In this document: in pieces, positions 46,042 through 56,227 of the stretch
Layout: every line of letters starts with the position of its first letter
Position numbering within the stretch: position 1 is the stretch's first letter
Assembly (NCBI GenBank): GCA_020725425.1
Contig: DYFA01000006.1
Location: 15,500 to 79,499 of the forward strand
Source of the DNA: Aneurinibacillus sp.
GTDB lineage: Bacteria > Bacillota > UBA5301 > DYFA01
DNA: 64,000 nt
Direction of reading: 5' to 3'
Program-made: the position numbers and the translations under genes
The notes under the pieces: generated by a model
The model's input: only the letters and a program-made list of their open reading frames with translations
What the model was told of the DNA's origin: nothing
Databases searched by the model: none

Positions 46042-46535
46042 GGTATCGCCTCCTCCACCACCAGAATCTTGCCGGCTTCCAGCCCGGTCAGGGCGGCGGC
46101 CCGCGCCCGGACTCGAGCCCCCCTCCCCGGAGGAGTGGCCAGCATGACCCCCTCAAGCGCTCCGCGGCCGTCCACCCGGACCGCGACCCCCACCCTGCCT
46201 CCGGCTGTTTCGGCCAGCTCCTGTTCGAGGTAGGTGGTGAGCTGACGGGAGAAAAGGGCGTTCTGGAGCTGGCGGTCCGTCTCCGCCAGCCCGGAGGCCG
46301 GCCGGGAGTCGTTCCCGGTTGGGAGCCGGAGTTCCACCGCCTCGGCGATCCGCCCCAGCACGTCGCCCCCGCGCACCAGAGCGACCAGCGGTGCCAGGAC
46401 GGCGGTGAGCACCAGGAACCCGGTGACGAGCCGGACGTACCTCCTCAGATTGTTGGGCGGGGCTAGAAGCTCCAGGAAGCTGACGACGATCACCAACAGC
46501 ACGAGGCGGCGAACCCACTCCACTAACAAGTTCAA
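46038..46535 (-). CDS. spoIIIAF: Stage III sporulation protein AF
   Basis: EWVRRLV, LELLAPPNNLRRYVRLVTGFLVL. Confidence 0.85.
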   Translation of the reverse strand: MNLLVEWVRRLVLLVIVVSFLELLAPPNNLRRYVRLVTGFLVLTAVLAPLVALVRGGDVLGRIAEAVELRLPTGNDSRPASGLAETDRQLQNALFSRQLTTYLEQELAETAGGRVGVAVRVDGRGALEGVMLATPPGRGARVRARAAALTGLEAGKILVVEEAIP

Positions 46536-46563
46536 GGTATCCCCTCCTCGTCAGGACCCCCGC

Positions 46564-47781
46564 CTACCTGAGGGCCGCGCCGAACGTTCCCGCCTGGACC
46601 AGGATCGTAAGACCCGTGAAGAACATCACCCCGGCCGCCCCCACCACCACCGCCAGCACCGTCAGACTCCCCTCCAGGTGGCCCAGGGCTCTGGGCAGAC
46701 GCCGGTCGGCCACCGGCTCGACCAGCGCTCCCGCCACCTTGTAGACCGCCACCACCGCGGCGATCTTCAGGACCGGGAAGAAGGCGAACCCGGCCAGGAG
46801 AAGGATACCCAACAGGCCGACCGCGCTCTTGACCAGCAGTGCCCCTCCAGCCACGACCTCCACTGCGTCGGAGAACATCTTGCCGATAACCGGGACGAAG
46901 TTCCCCGCCAGAAACTTGCCGGTCCGCAGCGCCACCCCGTCCGCCACCGGGGCCGCCACGCCCTGAACGGCCATCACCCCGAGAAAGGCGGCGAAGGCGA
47001 TCCCGAGGACTCCGACCGCCGCCTGCCGGGCCAGGCCGCTCAGCCGGTCCAGCGGGAACTTCTCCGAGAGTTGCGCGGCCAACCCCAGCACCACCGAGAG
47101 GAACAGGAACGGCAGCACCACCCGGTCCAGGAGGGCCGACAGCCCGGTGACCGAGGCGTAGACCGCCGGCGAAAGGAGCGCGGCCGAGGCCGGGGTCCCG
47201 CTCGAGACCAACAGGGTCGACAGGAGCGGCAGCACCGCCTCCATCAGCGAGACCATGTCCTCCACCGCCCGGCGCCCGATCCCGGCGGCGTGCCGGAAGC
47301 TCTGGACCCCCAGGAGGAGCAGGAGGAGATAGCAGGCGGCAAAGGCGACGCTTTCCCCTTCCTCGCCGAACGCCCCCTGCAGCGACTGGAGAACGGCCAG
47401 CAAAACCGCCAGGACCACAACCTGCGCCAGCAGCCGGGCGTTGGCGAGAAGCTCCCGGAAGAAGTATCGCATCACCCCCTGGAACAGCGCTCCCCCGTCA
47501 AGCCGCAGCCCCTGCCGGGGATGCCGGACCAGGTCGCGGAGCCTGACCTCCGGCACCACTTCCCGGACCTCCGGCGCCAGCCGGCGGTAGAGGTCCTCCA
47601 GCCGCTCGGCTCCAGAAGCCCGGAGTTGTTCGTCCACAACCTCCGCCAGGGCCGGATCCCGCCGGGGAGCCGCCGCCCCGTCGGCGGCGACGGCCGTCGC
47701 CGGCATCCCCAGGACAGCCAGCCACATAGCCAACGCCAGGGACGCGACCCGCCGCGACCCTGGGCCCCGGCCGGCGCTCAC
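46564..47781 (-). CDS. spoIIIAE: Stage III sporulation protein AE
   Basis: VADGVALRTGKFLAGNFVPVIGKMFSDA, LLVKSAVG, YKVAGALVEP. Confidence 0.92.
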   Translation of the reverse strand: MSAGRGPGSRRVASLALAMWLAVLGMPATAVAADGAAAPRRDPALAEVVDEQLRASGAERLEDLYRRLAPEVREVVPEVRLRDLVRHPRQGLRLDGGALFQGVMRYFFRELLANARLLAQVVVLAVLLAVLQSLQGAFGEEGESVAFAACYLLLLLLGVQSFRHAAGIGRRAVEDMVSLMEAVLPLLSTLLVSSGTPASAALLSPAVYASVTGLSALLDRVVLPFLFLSVVLGLAAQLSEKFPLDRLSGLARQAAVGVLGIAFAAFLGVMAVQGVAAPVADGVALRTGKFLAGNFVPVIGKMFSDAVEVVAGGALLVKSAVGLLGILLLAGFAFFPVLKIAAVVAVYKVAGALVEPVADRRLPRALGHLEGSLTVLAVVVGAAGVMFFTGLTILVQAGTFGAALR

Positions 47782-48182
47782 GGCAGCATCCCGGCCACGG
47801 TGTCCACCACCGCCACCATGATGGGCAGAGCCATCGCCAGAATGAGAATGCGCCCCGCCAGCTCCATCTTGTCGGCCAGCGCCCGCTCACCGGCGTCCCG
47901 GCAGATCTGCGCCCCCAGACCGACCAGATAGGAGACAGCGATGACCTTCAGGATGATTCCGAGGTACGGAGCAGACAGGTGCGCCTGGTTCGCCAGGCCG
48001 GTCAGCACCCCGACAACCCCGGCCAGTCGCTGGACGACCAGCAGAAGCAGAACCACCCCTCCGGCCAGGCTGAGCGGCAGGGCCAGTTCCGGACGGGTCG
48101 TCCGCACCGTCACCGCCATCACCGCCACCACGAGGCCGAGGCCGACCAGCCGCAGCGCCTCCCGGGCGACCCCTTGGCTCAC
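47778..48182 (-). CDS. spoIIIAD: Stage III sporulation protein AD
   Basis: YLGIILKVIAVSYL, QICRDAGE, KMELAGRILIL. Confidence 0.92.
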   Translation of the reverse strand: MSQGVAREALRLVGLGLVVAVMAVTVRTTRPELALPLSLAGGVVLLLLVVQRLAGVVGVLTGLANQAHLSAPYLGIILKVIAVSYLVGLGAQICRDAGERALADKMELAGRILILAMALPIMVAVVDTVAGMLP

Positions 48183-48373
48183 AGCCCGAAGACCGCCCGG
48201 ACAGAGTCGAAGAGCTGGCTGATCAAGCGGATCACCAGCATGAACACGACCACCACCCCGGCCCAGGTCAGCAAGACCGCCTGGTCTTCCTTGCCATATT
48301 GCTTCAGAACCATGCTGAAGACCGAGATGAGCAGGCCGATCCCGGCGATCCGGTAGATGTCGGTCATGTTCAT
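48179..48373 (-). CDS. spoIIIAC: Stage III sporulation protein AC
   Basis: IYRIAGIGLLI, VLKQYGKEDQA, LFDSVRAVF. Confidence 0.9.
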   Translation of the reverse strand: MNMTDIYRIAGIGLLISVFSMVLKQYGKEDQAVLLTWAGVVVVFMLVIRLISQLFDSVRAVFGL

Positions 48374-48393
48374 GCCTCTTCTCCCCCTTCCGG

Positions 48394-48951
48394 TCAGACG
48401 AGGAGCAACGCCAAAAGGAGGCCGGAAGCCAGCCCGGCGTACCGGTAGAGCGGCACGAGCCTCGCCGCCTCCGCCGCCGCCTCCCGCTCCCGGTTCGCCA
48501 GCCGTTCCCGGGCCAGCGCCAAGTGCTTCAGTTGGTCGTCCAAACCGGTCGTCCCGATGACCCCGCCGAGGAGGGCGAAGGGCTCCAGGTCAGCCGCTTC
48601 TTCCCGGTGAAGACGCGGGGCCAGAAGGAGGATCACCCGATCGCTTTCTCCCGCCAGCGTCCCGGCCGCCCGGCGCCAAGCCGCCGCGGCTGGCGCCCCG
48701 GCCTTCAGGTCGGCCGCCAGCCGGTGGAAGAAGCCCGCCGCCTCCGTCCCGGGAGCCAACGCGGCGACGCGCGCCGCCGCCTCAGGCAGCGGTGTCCGGC
48801 CGACGGCCATCTCGGACTCCAGGAGGGCCAGGGCCGACCGCAGTTCCCCCACCCGCCGGGGGCGTCTCGCCCAGCGCGCCGCCACCTCCAGGCCGAGGAG
48901 CGTGCCGGCTCCCACCGTGAGCAGCGCCCCCGTCGCCTTAATCCACCACAT
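48394..48951 (-). CDS. spoIIIAB: Stage III sporulation protein AB
   Basis: WIKATGALL, RPRRVGELRSALALLESE, TPLPEA, DQLKHLAL, LYRYAGL. Confidence 0.85.
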   Translation of the reverse strand: MWWIKATGALLTVGAGTLLGLEVAARWARRPRRVGELRSALALLESEMAVGRTPLPEAAARVAALAPGTEAAGFFHRLAADLKAGAPAAAAWRRAAGTLAGESDRVILLLAPRLHREEAADLEPFALLGGVIGTTGLDDQLKHLALARERLANREREAAAEAARLVPLYRYAGLASGLLLALLLV

Positions 48952-49948
48952 GCCGACCAACCCCGCCTTGCCGTCCCACTGCCCAACAGACCGGCGACTG
49001 CCCGCCGTCGAGCGGAACGACCCTTTCCACTGTCCCCGGCCCCCGGCGCCGGGAGAGAACAACCGTCCGGGCAAAGCACCCCTCGGTCAGCAGGGGGGCG
49101 AGCGCCGGGCGCCGCTCCGCCTCCGCCAGGTCCCCGGCATGGGCCGAGGCCAGGACCGCCACCCCGCAGCGGACGGCCTCCCGGACCGCCGCCACGTCCT
49201 CCGGCCGCCCCAGCTCGTCCGTGACGATCACCTCGGGCGACATGGCCCGCAGGACGAGGGCAACCCCCTCCGCCTTGGGGCAGCCGTCCAGGACGTCGGT
49301 GCGCGGCCCGACCTCGCACTGGGGCACTCCCTCATAACACCCGGCGATTTCCGACCGCTCGTCGACCACGACTACCTTGCGCCCCGGCATGGCCAGGTCG
49401 GGCCGCCCTTCGCTCACCTGGCGGCACAGGTCCCGCAGCAGCGTCGTCTTGCCGGCTTGCGGCGGAGAGAGCACCAGGGTCGAGAGAATCTCGCCCCGGC
49501 GGTTCACCAAATGCGGCAGCACTTGGTCGGCGGCACCCCGCACTTCCCGGGTAAGTCGGAGGTTGAGACCGTTGATGTCGCGCAGGGTTCTCACCCGCCC
49601 GCCGTCGAGCACCGCGTGCCCCACCAGACCCACCCGGTGTCCCCCCGGCAGGGTCAGGTACCCGTGGCGGATCTCCTCCTCCAAGGCGTACAACGAGGAG
49701 CAGGTGAGGCGCTGCAGGGCGGTCCGGCAGTCCTCCGGCGTGACCAGGCAGGCCTCCTCCGGGTGGTGGCACAACCCCCCCCTCCGGGCGACCATCCCCT
49801 CCTGCCCCCCGAAATGCACGATGAGCGGGCGGTTGGCCCGCAGCCGCACTTCCTCCAGGGCATCCAGACAGGGTCCCGGCAGGGTGGCCACCAGCCCCCC
49901 GACCCGGTCGCCCAGAAGAGAGAGTACCCTCAGCGCCTGGTGAGCCAC
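48938..49948 (-). CDS. spoIIIAA: Stage III sporulation protein AA (ATPase)
   Basis: EEVRLRANRP, SLYALEEEIRHGYLTLPGGHRVG, SPPQAGKTTLLRD, DERSEIAG, RAMSPEVIVTDELG. Confidence 0.95.
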   Translation of the reverse strand: MAHQALRVLSLLGDRVGGLVATLPGPCLDALEEVRLRANRPLIVHFGGQEGMVARRGGLCHHPEEACLVTPEDCRTALQRLTCSSLYALEEEIRHGYLTLPGGHRVGLVGHAVLDGGRVRTLRDINGLNLRLTREVRGAADQVLPHLVNRRGEILSTLVLSPPQAGKTTLLRDLCRQVSEGRPDLAMPGRKVVVVDERSEIAGCYEGVPQCEVGPRTDVLDGCPKAEGVALVLRAMSPEVIVTDELGRPEDVAAVREAVRCGVAVLASAHAGDLAEAERRPALAPLLTEGCFARTVVLSRRRGPGTVERVVPLDGGQSPVCWAVGRQGGVGRHVVD

Positions 49949-49979
49949 GCCGCACCTCCGGCCCGTCCGTGGTCGGTAA

Positions 49980-50009
49980 ATGCTATGAAAAGGGGGACCG
50001 GCTTTATGC
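49980..50009 (-). promoter_or_regulatory. SigE promoter for the spoIIIA operon
   Basis: GCATA-N17-CATAGCAT, matches SigE consensus; spoIIIA is SigE-dependent. Confidence 0.75.
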
Positions 50010-50120
50010 CAGTCCCCTTGTCCAGTAGCGGCCTACCTCCCCGTAAGAAGCAGTACGTCTTTCCCGTTGCCCCTTGGGAGGAGGAAGAATAGCCTGCCAG
50101 GAGGGAAGGAGGTTGAACCA

Positions 50121-50294
50121 ATGGGCCACCATCATCACCATAAGAGGCATGACTGCTATGAGAAGTGCGCATATGTGCTGCCCTGCCCCGTCTTCGGACC
50201 GGGCGGCGTGGGGTTCTGGGTTTTCCTGCTGATCCTGGCCCTGTTAGGGATCGCCTGGGCGCAAGGCACCGCGGGTCCGGCAGCGACCGTCTAA
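50121..50294 (+). CDS. Small His/Cys-rich single-TM protein (57 aa), function unknown
   Basis: Strong SD AAGGAGG before ATG 50121; MGHHHHHKRHDCYEKCAYVLPCP then hydrophobic GFWVFLLILALLGIAWA; followed by a terminator. Confidence 0.7.
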   Translation: MGHHHHHKRHDCYEKCAYVLPCPVFGPGGVGFWVFLLILALLGIAWAQGTAGPAATV

Positions 50295-50335
50295 GCAGCC
50301 ATCATCGCTTCCTCCGACAGGACTGGCGGCGAGAC

Positions 50336-50365
50336 AAAGGGGGCCGGCAAGGGCCAGCCCCCTTT
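50336..50365. terminator. Bidirectional terminator between convergent genes
   Basis: AAAGGGGGC-CGGCAAGGGCCA-GCCCCCTTT. Confidence 0.6.
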
Positions 50366-50397
50366 CATCCCGTTTTTAGAGTCGACCCGAAGAGGCT

Positions 50398-50814
50398 TTA
50401 CTTCGTCTCGTCGGGATGTGCCTCGTCTTCCCCGTCTCCGCCGGGCTCGCTGGCGTACACCACCTCGCCGCAGTTCGGGCAGGTCACCTCGACATCGTCC
50501 TCATAGAGCAGGTCCTCGGCGAAGCGCACCGCCTCCTTGCAGTGGGGGCACTCCATCTCCACGAACTCGTCTTCACCGGCCTCCTCCTCGCCGTACAGCT
50601 CCTCCTCGATCTCCGCCAGGTCGTCGTCGAGGGCTTCGGCGTACTCCTCCAGTTCCTTCTGGCCGGCCTTCAACTCCTCCAACCCCTCGGCGACGGCGGA
50701 GAACAGCTCGAGCATCCGCTCCCAGACCGCGCGCTCCTTTCCTTCCTTGGCCAGGAAGTCGGACCCGTCGATTAATCCCTTGAGGTAGGCCACCTGTTCC
50801 TTGACGTCTTTCAC
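50398..50814 (-). CDS. CD1247-like acidic zinc-ribbon protein
   Basis: KEQVAYLKGL, acidic coiled coil, CPHC...CPNC; located after efp as in many clostridial genomes. Confidence 0.8.
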   Translation of the reverse strand: MKDVKEQVAYLKGLIDGSDFLAKEGKERAVWERMLELFSAVAEGLEELKAGQKELEEYAEALDDDLAEIEEELYGEEEAGEDEFVEMECPHCKEAVRFAEDLLYEDDVEVTCPNCGEVVYASEPGGDGEDEAHPDETK

Positions 50815-50848
50815 CCCTGGCTCTCCTTTCCTCCGCTCCCGCCCGGCG

Positions 50849-51406
50849 CTAGGCCCGGGAGAGGTACAGACCGGTCCGGGTGTCGACCCGGATCTTGTCG
50901 CCGACGTCGACGAAGAACGGCACCTGCACCACGGCCCCCGTCTCAAGGGTGGCGGGTTTCGACCCGCCCGTCGCCGTGTCGCCCTTGAAGCCCGGCGCCG
51001 TCTCAGTGACCGTGAGCTCAACGAAGTTGGGCAGCTCGACGCCGATCACCTGGCCCTGGTAGTACTGGAGCCCCACCAGGTCCTGCTCCTTGAGCCACTT
51101 GACGGCGTCCCCAAGGATGTCCCGGGAGAGCGTCACCTGCTCGTAAGTGTTGGCGTCCATGAAAACGTACTCGTCGCCCGAGTTGTAGAGATATTGCATC
51201 TCCTTGTACTCGACATGCGCGCGGGGCAGCTTCTCGCCGGCCCGGAAGGTGCGCTCCAGCACCGCCCCGGTCTTGACGTTCTTCAGCTTCGTCCGGACGA
51301 AGGCGGAACCCTTGCCCGGCTTGACGTGCAGGAACTCCACCACCGTGAAGACCTCCCCGTCCACCTCCACGGTCACTCCGGTGCGCAGGTCGTTGGTCGA
51401 GATCAC
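50849..51406 (-). CDS. efp: Elongation factor P
   Basis: [45 protein letters not shown]. Confidence 0.97.
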   Translation of the reverse strand: MISTNDLRTGVTVEVDGEVFTVVEFLHVKPGKGSAFVRTKLKNVKTGAVLERTFRAGEKLPRAHVEYKEMQYLYNSGDEYVFMDANTYEQVTLSRDILGDAVKWLKEQDLVGLQYYQGQVIGVELPNFVELTVTETAPGFKGDTATGGSKPATLETGAVVQVPFFVDVGDKIRVDTRTGLYLSRA

Positions 51407-51461
51407 GCGCGGTCCTCCCTCCGTGTGACGGCCCCTCTGGCCCTCAAAGCCAGATACAACA

Positions 51462-51488
51462 ATTCTCGCCGTGTTATCTTTTCCCTGC
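51462..51488 (-). promoter_or_regulatory. Possible SigH-like promoter upstream of efp
   Basis: GCAGGGAAA...GCGAGAAT, resembling RNAGGAWWW...RNNGAAT. Confidence 0.3.
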
Positions 51489-51505
51489 CCATTGCTTCCC
51501 TAAAC

Positions 51506-52579
51506 TCAAAGGATTACCAGGTCCCGCCGGGCCGAGGTCAGCCGCTCGCCGCCGTCCTCGGTGACCAGGACCATGTCCTCGATGCGCACCCCGCCCTCCC
51601 GCGGGAGGTAGATGCCGGGCTCCACGGTGACCACCATCCCGGGGCGGAGCACGGTCGTCGCCGTCTCCCGCAGGCGCGGCTCCTCGTGAACCTCCCGCCC
51701 GACGCCGTGGCCCAGGCCGTGGCCGAACGCTTCCCCGAACCCGGCCTGGGCGATAACCGCCCGCGCCTCACTGTCAACCTCCGCCCCCGTCCGGCCGGGC
51801 CGCACCGCCGCCACACCGACCTCCTGAGCCCGCCGGACCACCTCGTAGATCTCCCGCCATCGCTCGGGCGGCTCTCCCACCGCCACCGTGCGGGTGATAT
51901 CCGAGGTGTAACCGCCCACAAAGCAGCCCCAGTCGACCGTGACCAGCTCGCCACGGTTGATCGTCCGCCCGGAGGCCACCCCGTGGGGCAGAGCGCCCCG
52001 AGGACCCGAGGCGACGATGAAATCGAAACCGGCTCCGTCCGCCCCCTGCCGGCGCAGGAAGAATTCGAGCTCCAAGCTGACCTCGCGCTCCGTCCGGCCC
52101 GGCCGCAGGAAGTCCAGCAGGAATTCGAAGCCGGCGTCGGCGAGGCGGGCAGCCTGCCGGAGGAGGGCGACCTCCTCCTCGTCCTTCACCAGACGCAACT
52201 CTTCCAAGAGCCCCTCGGTGGGAACGAGGGTGGTCCTCTCGCCGAACCGCTCCTCCCACTGCCGGAGGATGGACACACTCACCGAGCGGCTCTCGAACCC
52301 CGTCCGCTCCGGCGCAAGTCGCGCCACTGTCTCGGCCAGCGCGGCCATGGAGTCGTGGCCGACCTGAACCACCGTGAACAGGGGGGCCTGCGCCTTCGCC
52401 TGTTCGAGGTAGCGGAAGTCCGTCAGGAGGAGGCTCTCCGTGGCAGTGAGCACGAGCACGCCGGAGGTTCCCGTGAAGCCGGAGAGATAGGCCCGGTTCG
52501 GTGAAGAGGCCACGAGGAAGGCGTCCAGCTTCTCTTCGGCGAGGCGCCGGCGCAGCGCACGAAGCCTTTTTTCGCTCAT
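51506..52579 (-). CDS. Xaa-Pro aminopeptidase (M24, YqhT/PapA-like)
   Basis: TDFRYLEQA, ALPHG, YTSDITRT, HGLGHGVGREVHE, TVEPGIY, GVRIED. Confidence 0.93.
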   Translation of the reverse strand: MSEKRLRALRRRLAEEKLDAFLVASSPNRAYLSGFTGTSGVLVLTATESLLLTDFRYLEQAKAQAPLFTVVQVGHDSMAALAETVARLAPERTGFESRSVSVSILRQWEERFGERTTLVPTEGLLEELRLVKDEEEVALLRQAARLADAGFEFLLDFLRPGRTEREVSLELEFFLRRQGADGAGFDFIVASGPRGALPHGVASGRTINRGELVTVDWGCFVGGYTSDITRTVAVGEPPERWREIYEVVRRAQEVGVAAVRPGRTGAEVDSEARAVIAQAGFGEAFGHGLGHGVGREVHEEPRLRETATTVLRPGMVVTVEPGIYLPREGGVRIEDMVLVTEDGGERLTSARRDLVIL

Positions 52580-53139
52580 GCGCCATCCTTCCCTTCCCGG
52601 GCGGCCCGCCGTTCCTGAACCAGCCGAACGGCCGCCTCCAGCCCCAGCCGGTAGCTGAGCGCCCCAAAGCCGGCCACCTTGCCCACGCATGCCGGCGCCA
52701 CCACCGAGACCCGGCGGTACTCCTCGCGGGCCTCGGGGTTGGAGAGGTGGACCTCGATGGCCGGCAGCCCCACGGCCCGCAGGGCATCCGCGACGGCGAG
52801 GCTGTAGTGAGTGTAGGCGGCCGGGTTGATCACGATGGCCTCGGCCCAGTCGCCGAAGGTGTGGATCGCCTCGACCAGCTCTCCCTCGCCGTTGGCCTGG
52901 ACGATGCGCAGGGTACAGCCGAGGTTCTCTGCCGCCTGCGACAGCAGGGCATCGATCTCCGCCAGCGACTGCCGGCCATAGATTTCCGGTTCCCGGCGGC
53001 CCAGGAGGTTCAGGTTGGGACCGTGCAACACCCCGACCCGCACCGGGCCGGCTGCCGTCTCCCGCGGCCGGGCGGCCGTTTTCCCAGTCGCCGCTCGCCT
53101 CGGCCGCCGCGTTCCTGCTCTGCTATCAGCCATCCTCAT
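52576..53139 (-). CDS. aroQ: Type II 3-dehydroquinate dehydratase
   Basis: HGPNLNLLGRREPEIYG, INPAAYTHYS, EVHLSN; start uncertain (possible N-terminal extension). Confidence 0.93.
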   Translation of the reverse strand: MRMADSRAGTRRPRRAATGKTAARPRETAAGPVRVGVLHGPNLNLLGRREPEIYGRQSLAEIDALLSQAAENLGCTLRIVQANGEGELVEAIHTFGDWAEAIVINPAAYTHYSLAVADALRAVGLPAIEVHLSNPEAREEYRRVSVVAPACVGKVAGFGALSYRLGLEAAVRLVQERRAAREGKDGA

Positions 53140-53149
53140 CCCCCCACTC

Positions 53150-54757
53150 TCAGAGGCACTCCTGTACCAGCGGTTCAGGCACCTCGTCCGTCACCGTCAC
53201 CTCACCGATCCCTCGCGGCAGGACCCAGCGCACCCGGCTCCGCCGCACCTTCTTGTCGCGGGAGAGCGCCCGGAGAATGTCCTCGACCCCGGCGGGCGCC
53301 GCCAGTTCCTCCCGCCGGGTCGGCAGTCCGAACCGGGCCAGAAGCGACACGATCCGCCCCGCCTCCTTTTCCGGGCAGAGCCCCAGCCGCTGGGCGAGGC
53401 GAGCCGCCACCGCCATCCCGTAGGCCACCGCCTCGCCGTGGCGGACCGGACCGAAGCCGGTGACGGCCTCCACGGCGTGCCCGGCGGTATGTCCCAGATT
53501 CAACGTCATCCGCGGGCCGGCTTCCCGCTCGTCGACCGCCACCACCGCCGCCTTGACCGCCACCGCCGCCCTGACCGCCTCTGCCAGCTCGTCGTCGGAG
53601 GGCCAGGCGCTTGCTTGCGCCTCGAGGGGAGGCCACTGCTCGAGCCGGGCGAACAGCTCCGGGTCAGCGAGGACGCCGTGCTTGATGACTTCGGCCAGAC
53701 CCGAGCGGAACTCTCTGAGCGACAGAGTTCGAAGGACGGACGGATCAGCGATCACCGCCCGGGGTTGGTGGAAGGCGCCGACCAGGTTCTTCCCGAGGGG
53801 AAGGTTGACCCCCACCTTTCCCCCGACGCTCGAGTCTATCTGGGCCAGCAGGGTCGTCGGAACCTGCAGGAAAGCAAGGCCCCGCAGGTAGGTGGCAGCG
53901 AAGAACCCCGCGGCGTCCCCCACGGCTCCGCCGCCCAGGGCGACCACCAGGTCGTCCCGTTCGAGCCCGGCCGCCAGCGCCCGATGGTACAGCTCCTCGA
54001 CCACCCCTAGCTGCTTGGCCGCCTCACCCTCTGGCACCACCAGGGTCACCACCTGGCGCCGGGCGGCCCGCAAGGCCTGGCGTACCGTTTCGCCGTACAG
54101 GCCGTCCACCACCGGGTCCGTCACCAGCGCCACCCGGTCTCCGCCGGCGGCCATCTGCGCCGCCGCCCCGACGGACTCGAGCAGTCCTGCGCCTACATAC
54201 ACCACGTACCCGCGCTCATCCAGTCGCACCTCGACCCGGCCGGCCGCCGTCGCGAGCCGCCAGTGGCCCGTCACGGTCGCCGCCACCTCCCGGGGGTCGA
54301 GGTCAGTCGTGTCCACCACCACGTCAGCCCTGGCGTAAAGGGGGGCCCGCAAGCGCAACAACTCCTCGAACCGCTGAAGAGGCTGGTCCACCGCCAGGAG
54401 AGGACGGTCAGAGGCGCCCACCCGCTCCCACAGGGCATCCGTCCGCGCCGTCAAGGCCACCACCAAGCCGGTTCGGCGCAGGGCTTCGAGGTTCCCCTCC
54501 CGCAGGACCACCCCACCCCCGGTGGCGATCACCTGGCCGCGCCGGGCCGCCGCTTCGGCCACCACCTCCGCCTCGACCCGGCGGAACTCCTCCTCCCCCT
54601 GGTCGGCGAAGATGGCCCGCACCGGCCGGCCCGTCCGCCGCTCGATCTCTTCGTCGGTATCAAGAAAGGCAAGGCCCGCGGCTTCGGCGACCAGCCTCCC
54701 CACGGTGCTCTTCCCGCTGCCCATGAAGCCGATCAGCACGAGGTTGGCGTCGCCCAC
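53150..54757 (-). CDS. Bifunctional shikimate kinase / 3-dehydroquinate synthase (AroK-AroB fusion)
   Basis: [26 protein letters not shown]; then [46 protein letters not shown]. Confidence 0.93.
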   Translation of the reverse strand: MGDANLVLIGFMGSGKSTVGRLVAEAAGLAFLDTDEEIERRTGRPVRAIFADQGEEEFRRVEAEVVAEAAARRGQVIATGGGVVLREGNLEALRRTGLVVALTARTDALWERVGASDRPLLAVDQPLQRFEELLRLRAPLYARADVVVDTTDLDPREVAATVTGHWRLATAAGRVEVRLDERGYVVYVGAGLLESVGAAAQMAAGGDRVALVTDPVVDGLYGETVRQALRAARRQVVTLVVPEGEAAKQLGVVEELYHRALAAGLERDDLVVALGGGAVGDAAGFFAATYLRGLAFLQVPTTLLAQIDSSVGGKVGVNLPLGKNLVGAFHQPRAVIADPSVLRTLSLREFRSGLAEVIKHGVLADPELFARLEQWPPLEAQASAWPSDDELAEAVRAAVAVKAAVVAVDEREAGPRMTLNLGHTAGHAVEAVTGFGPVRHGEAVAYGMAVAARLAQRLGLCPEKEAGRIVSLLARFGLPTRREELAAPAGVEDILRALSRDKKVRRSRVRWVLPRGIGEVTVTDEVPEPLVQECL

Positions 54758-55905
54758 TGGCGGATTTCCTCCTGGTAGGCATGGTGGGCTCGGCGGGTCT
54801 CCGCCAGGGAGTCGCCGCCGAACTTGGCAGCGAAAGCCGCGGCCAAGACCAGCAGGACCTGGGCCTCAGCGACCACCGCCGCCGCCGGCACCGCGCACAC
54901 GTCCGAGCGGTGGACGTCCGCCACCGCCGCCTCGCCCGTATCCAGGTCGACCGTCGGCAGCGGCCGGCGCAGAGTGGCAATAGGCTTCATCGCCGCCCGG
55001 AGGAGGAGAGGCTCCCCGTTGGTCATCCCGCCCTCCAGTCCTCCGGCGCGGTTCGTAGCCCGCCGCAGTCCCGGCAGGATGGGATCGTGAGCCTGACTGC
55101 CCGGCACCGCCGCCAGGGCGAAACCGTCCCCGACCTCGACCCCCTTGACCGCCGGGATAGCCATCACCGCCGCCGCCAGACGCCCGTCCAGCCGTCCCTC
55201 CATCGTCACGTACGTCCCCAGGCCGGGAGGCAAGCCGAAGACCACCACCTCGAAAACCCCGCCGAGAGTGTCGCCGCGCTCCGCCGCCTCGTCGATCGCT
55301 CGGCACATGGCCTCCTCCGCCTCCGGATCGAGACAGCGCAGGGGCGCCTCCTCCGCCGCCGCCAGAGTCTCAGGCGTCACGGGCCGGGCAGCAGCCCGGA
55401 TCCCTCCCACCGCCACCACGTGGCTACCGCAGGTTATGCCGAATTCGGCAAGGAAGCGCCGCGCCACTGCTCCGGCAGCCACCAGGGCCGCGGTGGCTCG
55501 AGCGCTGGACCGCTCCAGCACGTTGCGCAGGTCGGTGTGGCTGTACTTCAGGGCGCCGGCCAGGTCGGCATGGCCGGGGCGCGGCCGGCGGCAGGGGTGT
55601 CCCTCCCTGGCCGCTTCCGGTTCGGGCGGGGTGGGCGACATGACCTCCTCCCAGTTGGGCCAGTCCCGGTTCGGGACGAGCAGGGCGATCGGGCTGCCAA
55701 GAGTCCGCCCGTGGCGCACCCCGGACAGGATCTCGCACCGGTCGGCTTCGAGCGCCATCCGCGGGCCGCGCCCGTACCCCCGCTGGCGCCGGCGGAGGTC
55801 CCGGTCGATGTCCCCTGCTGAGAGAGATAAACCAGCCGGCGGCCCCTCCAGGACAGCCACCAGCGCCTTCCCGTGGGACTCACCGGCCGTGCTCAACCGC
55901 CACAC
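54733..55905 (-). CDS. aroC: Chorismate synthase
   Basis: [60 protein letters not shown]. Confidence 0.95.
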   Translation of the reverse strand: MWRLSTAGESHGKALVAVLEGPPAGLSLSAGDIDRDLRRRQRGYGRGPRMALEADRCEILSGVRHGRTLGSPIALLVPNRDWPNWEEVMSPTPPEPEAAREGHPCRRPRPGHADLAGALKYSHTDLRNVLERSSARATAALVAAGAVARRFLAEFGITCGSHVVAVGGIRAAARPVTPETLAAAEEAPLRCLDPEAEEAMCRAIDEAAERGDTLGGVFEVVVFGLPPGLGTYVTMEGRLDGRLAAAVMAIPAVKGVEVGDGFALAAVPGSQAHDPILPGLRRATNRAGGLEGGMTNGEPLLLRAAMKPIATLRRPLPTVDLDTGEAAVADVHRSDVCAVPAAAVVAEAQVLLVLAAAFAAKFGGDSLAETRRAHHAYQEEIRQWATPTSC

Positions 55906-55907
55906 TG

Positions 55908-56198
55908 CTACCACTCTTCCTGCGCCGGTGGACTGGGGTGATGGGGATGGGCCTTGACCTTCTCCACCGCTGAGAGCAGCGCCAGCATCGCGTCGGCCTT
56001 CGCCTGCCGGTCCGCCGTGCTGACCGCAGCCCGGATCTCTCCTTCCGGGCTGCCGACGTACTTCCCCCGCAGTTGGTTCAAGGTCATGACGATCGTGTCC
56101 CGCCGGCACCGCTCGCACCGGCAGAAGCTCGGATCCCGCTGGAGGTATTCCTCGAAGACTTGCTTGACGACGTCTTCCATGTAGTTACGGAATTGCAT
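55908..56198 (-). CDS. ComFB-family protein
   Basis: [33 protein letters not shown]. Confidence 0.85.
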   Translation of the reverse strand: MQFRNYMEDVVKQVFEEYLQRDPSFCRCERCRRDTIVMTLNQLRGKYVGSPEGEIRAAVSTADRQAKADAMLALLSAVEKVKAHPHHPSPPAQEEW

Positions 56199-56227
56199 AG
56201 GAGCGCTCCTCTCTCCGGACTAGGTCG

